A stretch of 64,000 nucleotides of DNA from Tricharina praecox (lineage: Eukaryota): the NCBI RefSeq assembly GCF_024521635.1, contig NW_026250410.1, positions 124,001 to 188,000 on the forward strand, read 5' to 3'. The position numbers and the translations under genes were made by a program. The notes beneath the pieces are model-generated. The model was not told the origin of the DNA. It made no database searches and saw nothing but the letters and a program-made list of their open reading frames with translations. Below are positions 12,563 to 22,246 of the stretch, piece by piece. Each line of letters starts with the position of its first letter. The first letter of the stretch is position 1.

Positions 12563-12946
12563 CAGTCGACGGCACTCGAGTATTTGTGCACTCCCGCAAT
12601 GATCACAGAGCCTGAACGAGGCTTTAATGGGGCCAAAATTACTCTCTCTCGTCGCCGGTGCTGCATGGGTGATGACGCGCTGGAGGCACTGGAATGTATC
12701 AAAAGCTGGCAATGGAATGGTCTTGTCGTTGGTACAAAGGGCGGTATCAAGGAGATGGGGACTATGCTAGTTGTACTGTACGAGTGGGATCTATGATAGC
12801 TGTACTATAGACGTATATAAAAGGTTCATCAGTGGCAAGTGCTTCTGACAGTGGTTCGTTCCTTCCATCTTAGTCCATAGTAGCTTTGGGTCGGCTGCTG
12901 TTACAGCATAAAAGTTGCACATGCGTGCTCTTAGGAGAGCATACTC
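12563..12946 (+). pseudogene. hAT transposase C-terminal dimerisation-domain relic
   Basis: ALEYLCTPAMITEPERGFNGAKITLSRRRCCMGDDALEALECIKSW matches the hAT dimerisation motif (LSIPAxSAExERxFS...LxxxxIEALECLKSW). The segment is absent from the homologous locus at ~28061. Confidence 0.8.
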
Positions 12947-14141
12947 TATATGGAGAGTAGCAAAGTTGCTCGCCACCATTTCACGTTTGTCTCTATTCCG
13001 CGCTGTGAATCGTATTCAATAATACTCACTCGCACTTCGAGTGACTCCGGGTGATGCCAAGCACATGCCGACACCTTGGAATGAAGCGGTTGTTTGCTGA
13101 AAAGCTAGCTTTGGAGTCACGGCTAGTGCGCTAGCAGTGGTTGTTTGGAATCTTACCCACTTCACTTATAAAATCTCACCTTTCCTCCCAACTTTTCCTC
13201 CCTCTCTCCTCCACACATCCAGAACCAACCGCTATCCAGAACTAATCGCTATCCAGAACAATCATTACCCACACATTAACCTCTTCTTCTTCTTTCCCGT
13301 ACGAGACTACCAGGTATGTACTTGTTGATTCATGCTACTGACTTATGATTAGTTTTCACGGTCCGATATCGGCCCCGAGGCCTACTCTTTGAGGTACGTG
13401 CTGTCTCCCCCCACCCTCTTTTTACTTCCAGGATAACCTTACAGAGCTATCCTGCTCAGCCGTAGCAGCGAGGAACTGAGGGATCCGTGCAACCTGTCTA
13501 CAAAGTAGACGGTTGCAGCGACAATAGACGGATCCAACCCTCGAGGCTGAGTAGAAAAGGTCCAAGGACGGGGTTTTCTCTTCTGCTGCCGGCAAAGTTC
13601 TTTCCCCCTTCCTCCGGGAGTCCAAGTCGGGTGAGAGCCGACTTGCTCCCGTTGGATGGCCTCTCCGAAACCGGGTGACAGACGGTTTCGTGTTGACGAG
13701 GAAGAAAAATCAAAGAAAGTATAACTTGGTTTACTACCCCCCAAGTTATATATAGAGGTTTTCTTCCTTTGCTGTGAGAGAGCAAAGGTCTTTCCTCCTG
13801 GCCATGCATGTCACATGTGTGAGAGACATGCCGCGAGCATGCATGGCCAAGGCCCAAGAATCTCCGAAACCGGGCTGCAGACGGTTTCGTGATGATGAAA
13901 CAAAAAAACCAAAGAAGGTATAACTTGGTATACTACCGCTCCAAGTTATACGTGTATAACGTGGTTTACTATCCCGCCATGTTATACACGGAGGTCTTCT
14001 TCCTTTCACAGCAAAGGTCTTTCCTCCGGCCATGCATGCAGTGAGGCATGCATGCGCCATTGGCCATATGTTGTTGCTCTGGCCGCTGTGCGAGAGGATG
14101 ACATCGGCTTCTTAATCGATTGCGGTCTGCACCCTCGATCC
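12947..14141 (+). repeat. Hairpin-array element, copy 2 (leader 12947-13431, array 13432-14141)
   Basis: Near-identical to 28061-29308. TATAAAA at 13167-13173. One GTATAAC hairpin is deleted relative to copies 1 and 3. Confidence 0.85.
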
Positions 14142-14622
14142 ACGGCTGCTTCCCGGCGTCTCCGTGGTTTTTAGTTGTCAAATATACTGATATTGATAGG
14201 AGTATAGGTAGCAAGATTTGTTGCTTGCTTCTTCGTCTACTCCGGGTCGGTGCCCTTCCATATATACAGAATATGTCTGTCATTGAAAGTTAGACCCCCC
14301 GGCGAGACCGGACAGCAGAACACAAATCCTCCTCCGGATTTAGTTCGCATGACCTAATCCTTGACTCCTTCAAAACATTGCTTGTTGCAGCTTCACCATC
14401 GTCTTACAGTGGACATGAGGAGAGATCCTTCATATGCTCCGGACGCCGTAATTTGACAGAATTAGTGGTGATGCCGTGTTGTAGGTAGCAAGTGCTGCAG
14501 TGTCATCTTCTCTTTTCTATGGTGGAGGAGGTTGCAATTCTAAAAGCGAGGAAGTCACCAGCAGAAATCATGGCTCAGTTGGAGCGAATTTCCCAGAAGG
14601 TGGGGGGTCAGCACGCCCCAAG

Positions 14623-14823
14623 CCTTAGCTGTTACAAGGGTAGCAACCTTGGGGAGGACGCTCTTTTGCTGCGTTTCAAGCCTGGGTTGCTGCTTTACTT
14701 TTTCTTTTGCTGGAGTGCCTGGCTAGCTGGACTGTTGCTTCGAGGGGAGGATCATCACGGAATCATGGGAAAACACTCGTCGTGAAGCACGTGAGGGTTT
14801 GGAACGGGTGTTATGCAATTAGT
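14623..14823 (+). repeat. tRNA-like/SINE-like repeat module
   Basis: tgttacaagggtagcaaccttggggaggacgctcttttgctgcgtttcaagcc... homologous to 29314-29525. Confidence 0.7.
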
Positions 14824-15192
14824 CATCGTGTATCTACATTTCTGGCACTGGCCGGGGTGGAGGGCAGGGAAAGCCACATCGGGCCGATACGTGAAGGTCG
14901 GTTTGGATAGTGGCGTGGAAACGGGGGGGTGTATGGGTTGATGTTGCCATGATCTAGACAGGTCGCACGCAACTAATGATCAAACAACAAAACAAAGATT
15001 CCCAAATCATCCCCCACGGGGCTGACCGGATAGGTAGGACGGTCAGCAGAGTCACCATGGTCTAGAAGACCGTACGAAATGATGTATCTAGTAGATTGAA
15101 GCCCCCTCTCTCCCTCATTCTCAAAACCAGATCAAAGCTTCTAAACTACAAGAACGCCTCTCGAGTCTCAAACCGGGTGTTTACTCTAGTGC

Positions 15193-15795
15193 TCATGCCG
15201 GCTTAGGCGCACCGCCGCCGAGACCACCAGGGCCTCCAGGAGCGCTACCGCCGGGAGCAGTGGGGGTTCCACCGGGTGGCTTGGGAGTGCCAGTAGTCCC
15301 ACCAGGGCCACCGGAGCCACTAGAACCACCTCCAAGACTTCCCATTCCGCCACCCGGCGGCTTTCCACCACCGTTGCCGCCTCCATGACCGCCTCCATGG
15401 TCGTTGCCACCTCCATGGCCGTTGCCGCCTCCGTGGCCGTGGTCGTTGCCGCCTCCATGGCCGTGGCCATGATCACCATGACCACCATGACCATGACCAC
15501 CATGACCACCATGACCACCATGACCACCATGATCATCATAACCACCGTGGCCGCCGCTGCCGCCACCACCACCACCACCTCCGGGCGGCTTACCGCCACC
15601 CATACCGCCGCCCATACCGCCGCCCATACTGCCGCCTGGCGGCGATGAGGTTCCGCCCGCGCCTGCGCCTCCAGCAGCGCCCCCGGCACCGGGAAGACCG
15701 GTAGGAATAGTATCCGCTGGTGGAGATATGCCCTGGGCTACTGGGGCTGCCAGGGTGGTTGCGAGGAGGGTGGAGAGGAGGAGGAGGAAGTGCAT
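15193..15795 (-). CDS. Secreted Gly/His-rich protein (200 aa)
   Basis: ATG in aaaATG context. Signal-peptide-like MHFLLLLSTLLATTLA-AP. Central GGH/GH repeats. TATAAA ~170 bp upstream. Single exon. Confidence 0.85.
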   Translation of the reverse strand: MHFLLLLSTLLATTLAAPVAQGISPPADTIPTGLPGAGGAAGGAGAGGTSSPPGGSMGGGMGGGMGGGKPPGGGGGGGGSGGHGGYDDHGGHGGHGGHGGHGHGGHGDHGHGHGGGNDHGHGGGNGHGGGNDHGGGHGGGNGGGKPPGGGMGSLGGGSSGSGGPGGTTGTPKPPGGTPTAPGGSAPGGPGGLGGGAPKPA

Positions 15796-15868
15796 TTTGT
15801 CTTAGTATGGAATATTGTTGGTTGAAACTTGAAGGAGTGGGGCCGGCCTGTGGGGAATGAATGGTGTG

Positions 15869-15925
15869 GAGTGAGTGAGTGAGTGAGTGAGTAAGTGAGT
15901 GAGTGAGTGAGTGAGTGAGTGAGTG
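15869..15925. repeat. (GAGT)n microsatellite in the 5' region of the Gly/His gene
   Basis: Directly visible tetranucleotide run. Confidence 0.9.
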
Positions 15926-16402
15926 GATGTAGGGTAAGAAGAGGGGTGATCTCGGGAACTTTATACCCACTCCTTATCCTCAGCGTGGTATGTGCGGAGA
16001 CCTCTGACTGATGAGAATCTGCGGTTTCCGTCTGCGTTCGGTCGGTCGGTTCCTATTTGTCCTGGCTGTCCAGACCCCATCGTGGCCGGTGGGAATGAAC
16101 TAATGACATCGTGATGTCAGGAAGAGATTACCGATTTGCAGCCTGTTGCTCCGGTTGATTGGACCCAATGATCACGGCGGCCGAGGGAGTCTGCGCACCG
16201 TACATACTGGATCTCCGAGTGTTATCATAGCTGGCTGATAACGATTGCTCGGTGTAGGCAGTTAAAGTTTCTTCGGATACATTAGGCACTGTAGCCGATC
16301 AGCCCACGCAGCCGAGCAGTGCACGGATGACCATTGACAGGTAGACAGAGCGAAGCGGCAGTTCTTCGGCTGCGACTGTCACGTCAGAATACGTCAGAAT
16401 GT

Positions 16403-17411
16403 ATCTGTTCTAGCCTGCCAGGCAAAACTAGTATTTCATGAATGGACTGGGCCACCCGACCAAGTGACCGGCCCCCAGACGAAGTGACTGGATATACGAA
16501 GTGACCGGACAGTGAGGAATATTTTTTCACGGACAGACCGGTCTTCCGGCATATTTGTGTGCAGGTCAGCCTGGCCGTAAATTCCTGGCGCTACTCGGTA
16601 ACTAAAACGTTTTTTGGTGCCATTAGAGAAAATCTTTTTCTCGCTACCATGAAAGAGCCGTTCCTCTTGCCACCATGAAAGAACCGTATCTCTTGCCACC
16701 ATGAATAGACAAACATCACTTTTGACACTTTTGATATTCCGCTTCATATCTTCAAGCACCATGCCTTTACATATCACCGCTCTTAATGCGATAGTAGAAG
16801 CTAGAGATGCCTCTTCCGAACCTTCAAGTATTGGTGGACAGAACTGTCCACCGGCCGGCGTCGCTGTTCGACCAACACCGACAACAGGCCGCCGCAGTCT
16901 CCGCGCAGGTATGTACTCAAACAGCATCTGGCCAGAAAAGGGTTCGGCCTACGGTGGTAGTATTAATAGGGATGCTGGAGAGGAAGGGGTCGGGCAGGAA
17001 GCCGGAGAGGATGCTGGAGAGGACGCAGGAGAGGATGCTGGAGAGCAAGCTGGAGAGCAAGCTGGACGGGTGTTGAGAAAGATAAGGAGGGTGAAAAGCT
17101 GAGGCGATGACCTGTGATTGATCATTGACTGCATGAGGGCTGTGTAAAGAGTTGAGTATTGGGCCGATAGGAAATTACTGGCTGATATTATTGACTGCTG
17201 ACATAGGTACCTCACTCCATCGCCCTGTTGTGATATCCAAGTATCTGCACATAAATTATGCCCGGCAGGCTGGTATACTTGTAAAATATTCCCCGGTTTG
17301 CCCAGAATATTTTCTGACTCGGCAGTCCGGTCAGATCGCATATCCAGTCGCTTGCCTTACGGGCCGGTCTATTTATAAAAAACCCATTTTGCCCGGCAGG
17401 CTAGAACATAT
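16403..17411. mobile_element. Non-autonomous TIR element C (~1.0 kb)
   Basis: TIR ATCTGTTCTAGCCTGCCAGGCAAAA vs reverse complement ATATGTTCTAGCCTGCCGGGCAAAA (23/25). GACCGG subterminal motifs on the left and CCGGTC on the right. Internal 12-bp tandem (16975-17065). No clear TSD. Confidence 0.7.
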
Positions 17412-19342
17412 CTTGGTGCCAGGTCGATCGTTAACATTCCCATTCCCGCCGCATCGATCTATCCCGAACCATTACTGAAGTCTGAAACTCGATCTCACGG
17501 GGGTCTGGGCGTCTGGCCCGGATCGTTGTAGTATACAGATGTCGAGGTTGATGATGTGATCCTGGTTTCCCACCAGCCTGCAAAGGGATCTTTGTGCTGA
17601 TGCTATGTTTCGACATGATCTTGATCTTTGGACCATTGTCTCCAGATCCCAACCATTCCCACGAGGGTCTCTTCGGTTTCTGTCTTCATTTTCCATGCCC
17701 ATCACTCTGAAAGTCACCGATATCGAGGATTCCGGCTCATTTTTATCATTAATAGCCATAAATCACAAATTCCTGGCTGCAAACCTCACGTTCCAGATTG
17801 AATCCGTCGTCGCCGTGGCCGGTCGGTAGTGGAAAGCTTACATACTCTGTACCGGCGGTACCCATAGTACTCTACCGCCATTATCGATGCCGGGGTACCT
17901 CGGATTGTGGGGGAAATATAGGTAAAGTTGCCTGTATTTGTAAGGTTGTTTCATGTTCTAACTTCTGCCTATAGCCTGAGGAAGTAGTGTCGGAGTTGGA
18001 GCGGACGTTGGTTTGGGAAGATAAACTTGAAGTTGAAAACTTGGCATCCAGCTTGAGTTCAAGACTCGGACTGTCCCGAGGGATGGTAACTCTGTTGGTA
18101 GATAGGGCGTGAGATTTACAGTTTCCGGCCTGCTAAGTACCTGAGATCATGACCGGTCAACATATGGCTGCTCGGAGGCTGGTATAAAGTACCCCATGGA
18201 CCATGGTCTCGCATATTTTGGATCGATGTTTGCTTGTGCTCCTCTCCCTCGCTTAGGTGTGTCGATCAGCGTTTATATTGACATATTTTATTCTCGAGCT
18301 TCCTCTGATCTTCCCTTAGCTCCCAGCTGCCTTGAATTCATTGCATCTTCAAAGTTCAGCGATCAACCCAATGTCGTACATAGAAGTAGTAAACTTACAG
18401 CAAATTTATGGTTGAGTTGACTCGCAGACGATGCGTAGTACCTTTGTCGGCGTAGGAGCGACTTGCTCAGGTTTGTAGTTCTGGTTTGAGGAGAACTGGT
18501 TTGTACTCAATTAGGCTCTGGGTTCGTCGATAGCTGGAGGAAGTCAAGTAACTTATGTGCTAATTGGATATCCCTGCAGCTAGACACGGGAGTCCAGACG
18601 CCGGACAGTAGCTAGCTCCATTCCGGCCCTCGTCACGAAATCCGTGGTAATAGAATTCATTGAATTGGAGGCCGTTTTGTCGCGGATTCGTCCATTCTCT
18701 GGCCAAAGTGTCGCGCGTCTCGAAATTTTCGAACACACAAATCAGACCTTCCACACTGTTAACTATTATGTAACCGAAGAAAGATACTTGCCGCGACCGC
18801 TTTCCAACCGAGCAGTCGTTCAAGACCGACAGCCACTCACGTCCCATCACTCCCCATCGTGTCCCCAACAGCCGCTCGCCAAGAATTGGACGGCAGCAGT
18901 GCCTCGAAGCAGGTCGTGCTAGTTACATAATAGTGGGGAACGGACCTCTCTTGCAGGAAGCTTGCGGGAGGGGTAGTTACTCGACCTGTGGGTGTGTTCA
19001 CGATCAGAGCTTCGGTGGATGCTGCCGTCGGAAGCGCAGATATTGGTCCGGGATGGCGAAAGAAAAGAGAAAGAGAGAGGGGAAACAGCCACGATAAACT
19101 CTGCCGTTGTATATGAATTCTCTATGCAGGTTTCATTGCATTAGCCGTCGTCTCGAGGCACACACGATCCGTAAGGTTTAGCCGCCGCGGCGCTTTGCCG
19201 AGCATGGTGTGGTGGGTGGGTGGGTAAGTAAGCTTCCGTCGGCAAGTTACACCTCTGCATCCACGTTACTCTCCACGCCCCCCCTTCACCCCACCAACCT
19301 CAATCACTACATGCCTTTCCTCGGTGGCCACCTTCGTCGACA

Positions 19343-20401
19343 ATGACCAACAATCCTACGGCGACATCGACGACCACGACGCTCCGCCCGCGCCGCCGCG
19401 CTCCCCATCCGCACCCTCAGCGCTCCCCCTCTCCAACCCCCACAAAGCAATGGAGCACGCTGCAGTCTCTGGCGCCCTCCTTCCTGTCCACGCCATCGAG
19501 CTCCAATCCCCCAGCTGCAGCAAGTAAAAGCTGGTTCTCCGACTTCCTTTCGCTGCCACCGTCCTCGCCGCCCCGCTCTCGCCGCCCCACAAAGGCATTC
19601 GACACCTCACCGCCGACCTCCCCGCCCGCCACTACTACTACTACCAAACACGAGCCGCAGCTAGTCTACGTCCACCCCGTAACGCCCTCCACCACGCTGC
19701 AGGGGGTGATCATCGCCTTCGACACGAATGCCTCCTCCGTTCTCCGCACAAACCAGCTCTGGCCTGGCGACCCACTGCAGTCGCGGGGGGAGCTATTGAT
19801 TCCCGTCGATGCATGTCGGATCAAGGGGAGTCCCCTGGGCGATGGAGGAGGGGGTGGGGGAGGGGGTGGGGAGGGGGACGCGGACGTGGGCGACGAGGAG
19901 AAGCGGTGGAAACCGCACAGCTACACCATGCTCCCGGCGCCGCTGGGGAAGACACAGATCGGGCTGCTGTACCCACGGCGGCCGGCGCGGCGGCGGAAAT
20001 CAGCCGTGCAGGAGGAGGAGGAGCACAGAGAGGCGCCGCCGGAGATGAATGGCGAGAGGAAGCCTGCGTGGATGAAACCTGGTGTCCACAGCTTTCATCC
20101 CGAGACTGAGGCGGCGCTGCCTGAGTGGGAGGAGCTGGTGAAGGGCGCCGAGGTCGTTGGCGGGACCGTCGAGGGCTGGGTACGCAGGCTCGGCGAGGGG
20201 ATTAAATCTGCCGCCGCGGTGGATTTCGGCGGCGAGCTTATTGAGATGGTTGCCGGGGTGGGCGGGGAGAGCGTAGGCTCGAGTGTCGCTGGGAGCTCGA
20301 CGAGTGGCAGGCGGCCGACGAGGAGGCGGAAATTTAAGATGGAAGATAGGAGTGGTGAGGGGGAAGAGGACGGCGCGGGAGAGAGGTGGAGAGATGTTTA
20401 G
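19343..20401 (+). CDS. LysM (CBM50)-domain protein, non-secreted type
   Basis: VYVHPVTPSTTLQGVIIAFDTNASSVLRTNQLWPGDPLQSRGELLIPVDAC fits a single LysM domain. No signal peptide. Intact 352-aa ORF. Confidence 0.8.
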   Translation: MTNNPTATSTTTTLRPRRRAPHPHPQRSPSPTPTKQWSTLQSLAPSFLSTPSSSNPPAAASKSWFSDFLSLPPSSPPRSRRPTKAFDTSPPTSPPATTTTTKHEPQLVYVHPVTPSTTLQGVIIAFDTNASSVLRTNQLWPGDPLQSRGELLIPVDACRIKGSPLGDGGGGGGGGGEGDADVGDEEKRWKPHSYTMLPAPLGKTQIGLLYPRRPARRRKSAVQEEEEHREAPPEMNGERKPAWMKPGVHSFHPETEAALPEWEELVKGAEVVGGTVEGWVRRLGEGIKSAAAVDFGGELIEMVAGVGGESVGSSVAGSSTSGRRPTRRRKFKMEDRSGEGEEDGAGERWRDV

Positions 20402-20996
20402 ACGTGAGGACGTTGCTTTGCTTATTTTTTTTTGGCGTTACGGTGGGTTGGTGCTGTCGCTTGCTTACTTGCGAGTTTCTTTCCTTGTGTCGTGGATGCA
20501 TTTATTTACTTATTCCCTTCGGCTGTCCTTGATATTGGTATATCGTCGTACCACTACACTACTAGCATGTGCATCTGTTTTGCTTTTGTCTGTTATAGGT
20601 TTGCTTAATTGTTACATTGTGGAGATTGTTATACGTCGAATTGTACAGATTCCCATACGATAGATGGTAGTTACGTCGTGGTGGTGGTGATCCAGCTCCA
20701 GCTACATACGAGTGCATCACCGAATTTCAGGAATCATGTGACAAAAGAGTTTCGCTGGTATGATGTACCAGTACTTGGTGACTTGAGTGTTCCATCATTG
20801 TGGCTTGCATCTTTCGTGTGGCGGCGGCGCAAGCTTAGTTCGAGTCACGCTTGCTTCTCCGAAGCTTCGCGCCACGGAACCTTCCGTCGTCCTGCCAGCT
20901 CCCCACCACACCTACCCACCTCCACAGCCAGCTCCCCCCGCCACCACCAGCACCGCCACCACCACCACCACCACCACCACCACCACCAGCCCAATC

Positions 20997-21842
20997 ATGC
21001 TCCCAACCTCCATCTCCTTCGGCGACGCCCCTCCGCCCAAGTCGATCCTCAAATCCTCCGGCGCTGCCCGTCGCACTCCCTCGGAAGCGCGCAAAATCGC
21101 CTTAACCCACGCCTCAACCCTCCAAATCCGCAAGTCCCTCGAACTCTCGATCCTCTCCTCCCTCACTTTCCTCCTCGACCTCCCACCCCCCTCCGCAGAA
21201 GTATTTAAGCACCACATCCGCTTCTTCACGCCGGCGGACTACGACGGGCTGCTCGAGGAGCGCAACATCCTCGAGCTGTGCGGGTACGCGCTTTGTGCGC
21301 GGCCGGTGGCGCGGCGGAGGGTGCGCTCTAGGCTCGCGAGGACACAAGGCGGAGAGTGGGTGCAGAGGGAACAGCTCGAGAGGTTTTGTGGTGAGGCCTG
21401 TAGGAAACGCACCCTGTGGGTTAGGGTGCAGTTGAGTGAGGAGGCGGCGTGGAATAGAGGGGATGTGGTCGGGCGCGCGGAGGTGGATGAAGTCACCGGA
21501 GAGGTGAGAGGTGTCGATTTGGATAGTGAGGTGCCGCCGGTGGGGTGGAGGGGCGGGGTGAGGTTGCTTGAGGAGGAGGAGGGGGCGGGGGAGGCGGGGG
21601 AGAGGGAGAAGGGCTGGGCGGGCGGCGAGGGGAAGGATGTGTGGAAGCTTGCGGAGGATCTTAAGGGCGTGGGGATTGCGGAGGATGGGAAGGGCGGCGT
21701 TAAGGGAGGGGTGCTGGCGGATGTGGTGGAGAGGAGGACTGAGGTCACGATTGTTACGTTACCGCAGGCTGACGATCATGGCGCTGCGGCAGCAATCGAG
21801 GGCTATGTTCCCAAGGCTCAGAGGGGAAATGATAAGGAGTAA
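20997..21842 (+). CDS. RTR1: Rtr1/RPAP2 family RNA polymerase II CTD phosphatase-like protein
   Basis: FTPADYDGLLEERNILELCGYALC...FCGEAC...VRVQLSEEAAW is the RTR1-type zinc-finger signature. First in-frame ATG at 20997. Confidence 0.85.
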   Translation: MLPTSISFGDAPPPKSILKSSGAARRTPSEARKIALTHASTLQIRKSLELSILSSLTFLLDLPPPSAEVFKHHIRFFTPADYDGLLEERNILELCGYALCARPVARRRVRSRLARTQGGEWVQREQLERFCGEACRKRTLWVRVQLSEEAAWNRGDVVGRAEVDEVTGEVRGVDLDSEVPPVGWRGGVRLLEEEEGAGEAGEREKGWAGGEGKDVWKLAEDLKGVGIAEDGKGGVKGGVLADVVERRTEVTIVTLPQADDHGAAAAIEGYVPKAQRGNDKE

Positions 21843-22246
21843 AATAATACGATACAAAAACGATCATGGCTCCACAGGAATATATCCCTTGCTTACAGGT
21901 TCATCTGCAAGACTGCACAAATACTCCACAGCCACACCATCACAACCAGAAAACGTCTACAATCAACCACCAGCTCAATTCCAGTATAGAGTGAAGTAAA
22001 GGACGTAAGTATGTATGCAAAGCGGGAAGGAAAAAATAACAGCAACTCAAAAGGAGGGAATGTAAATGCTGCTCTCAAGTAGAGTGATACCCTCCCCCAA
22101 AAAAGAAACACAGAAAAGTAGAGTAAAGAAAACAGCAATGACTATCATTAATCGTACGAGAAGAGCAGGAAAGCGACAGAAATATAACATCGACGGAGGC
22201 CAACACAGTATCCTATAAGCAAAGCAAGCAATAAGGGTAGAAGGGA

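Noticed and set aside
12947..14141. RIP-mutated repeat
   Set aside because: Copies stay GC-balanced and near-identical with no obvious CpA>TpA excess. Not quantified.
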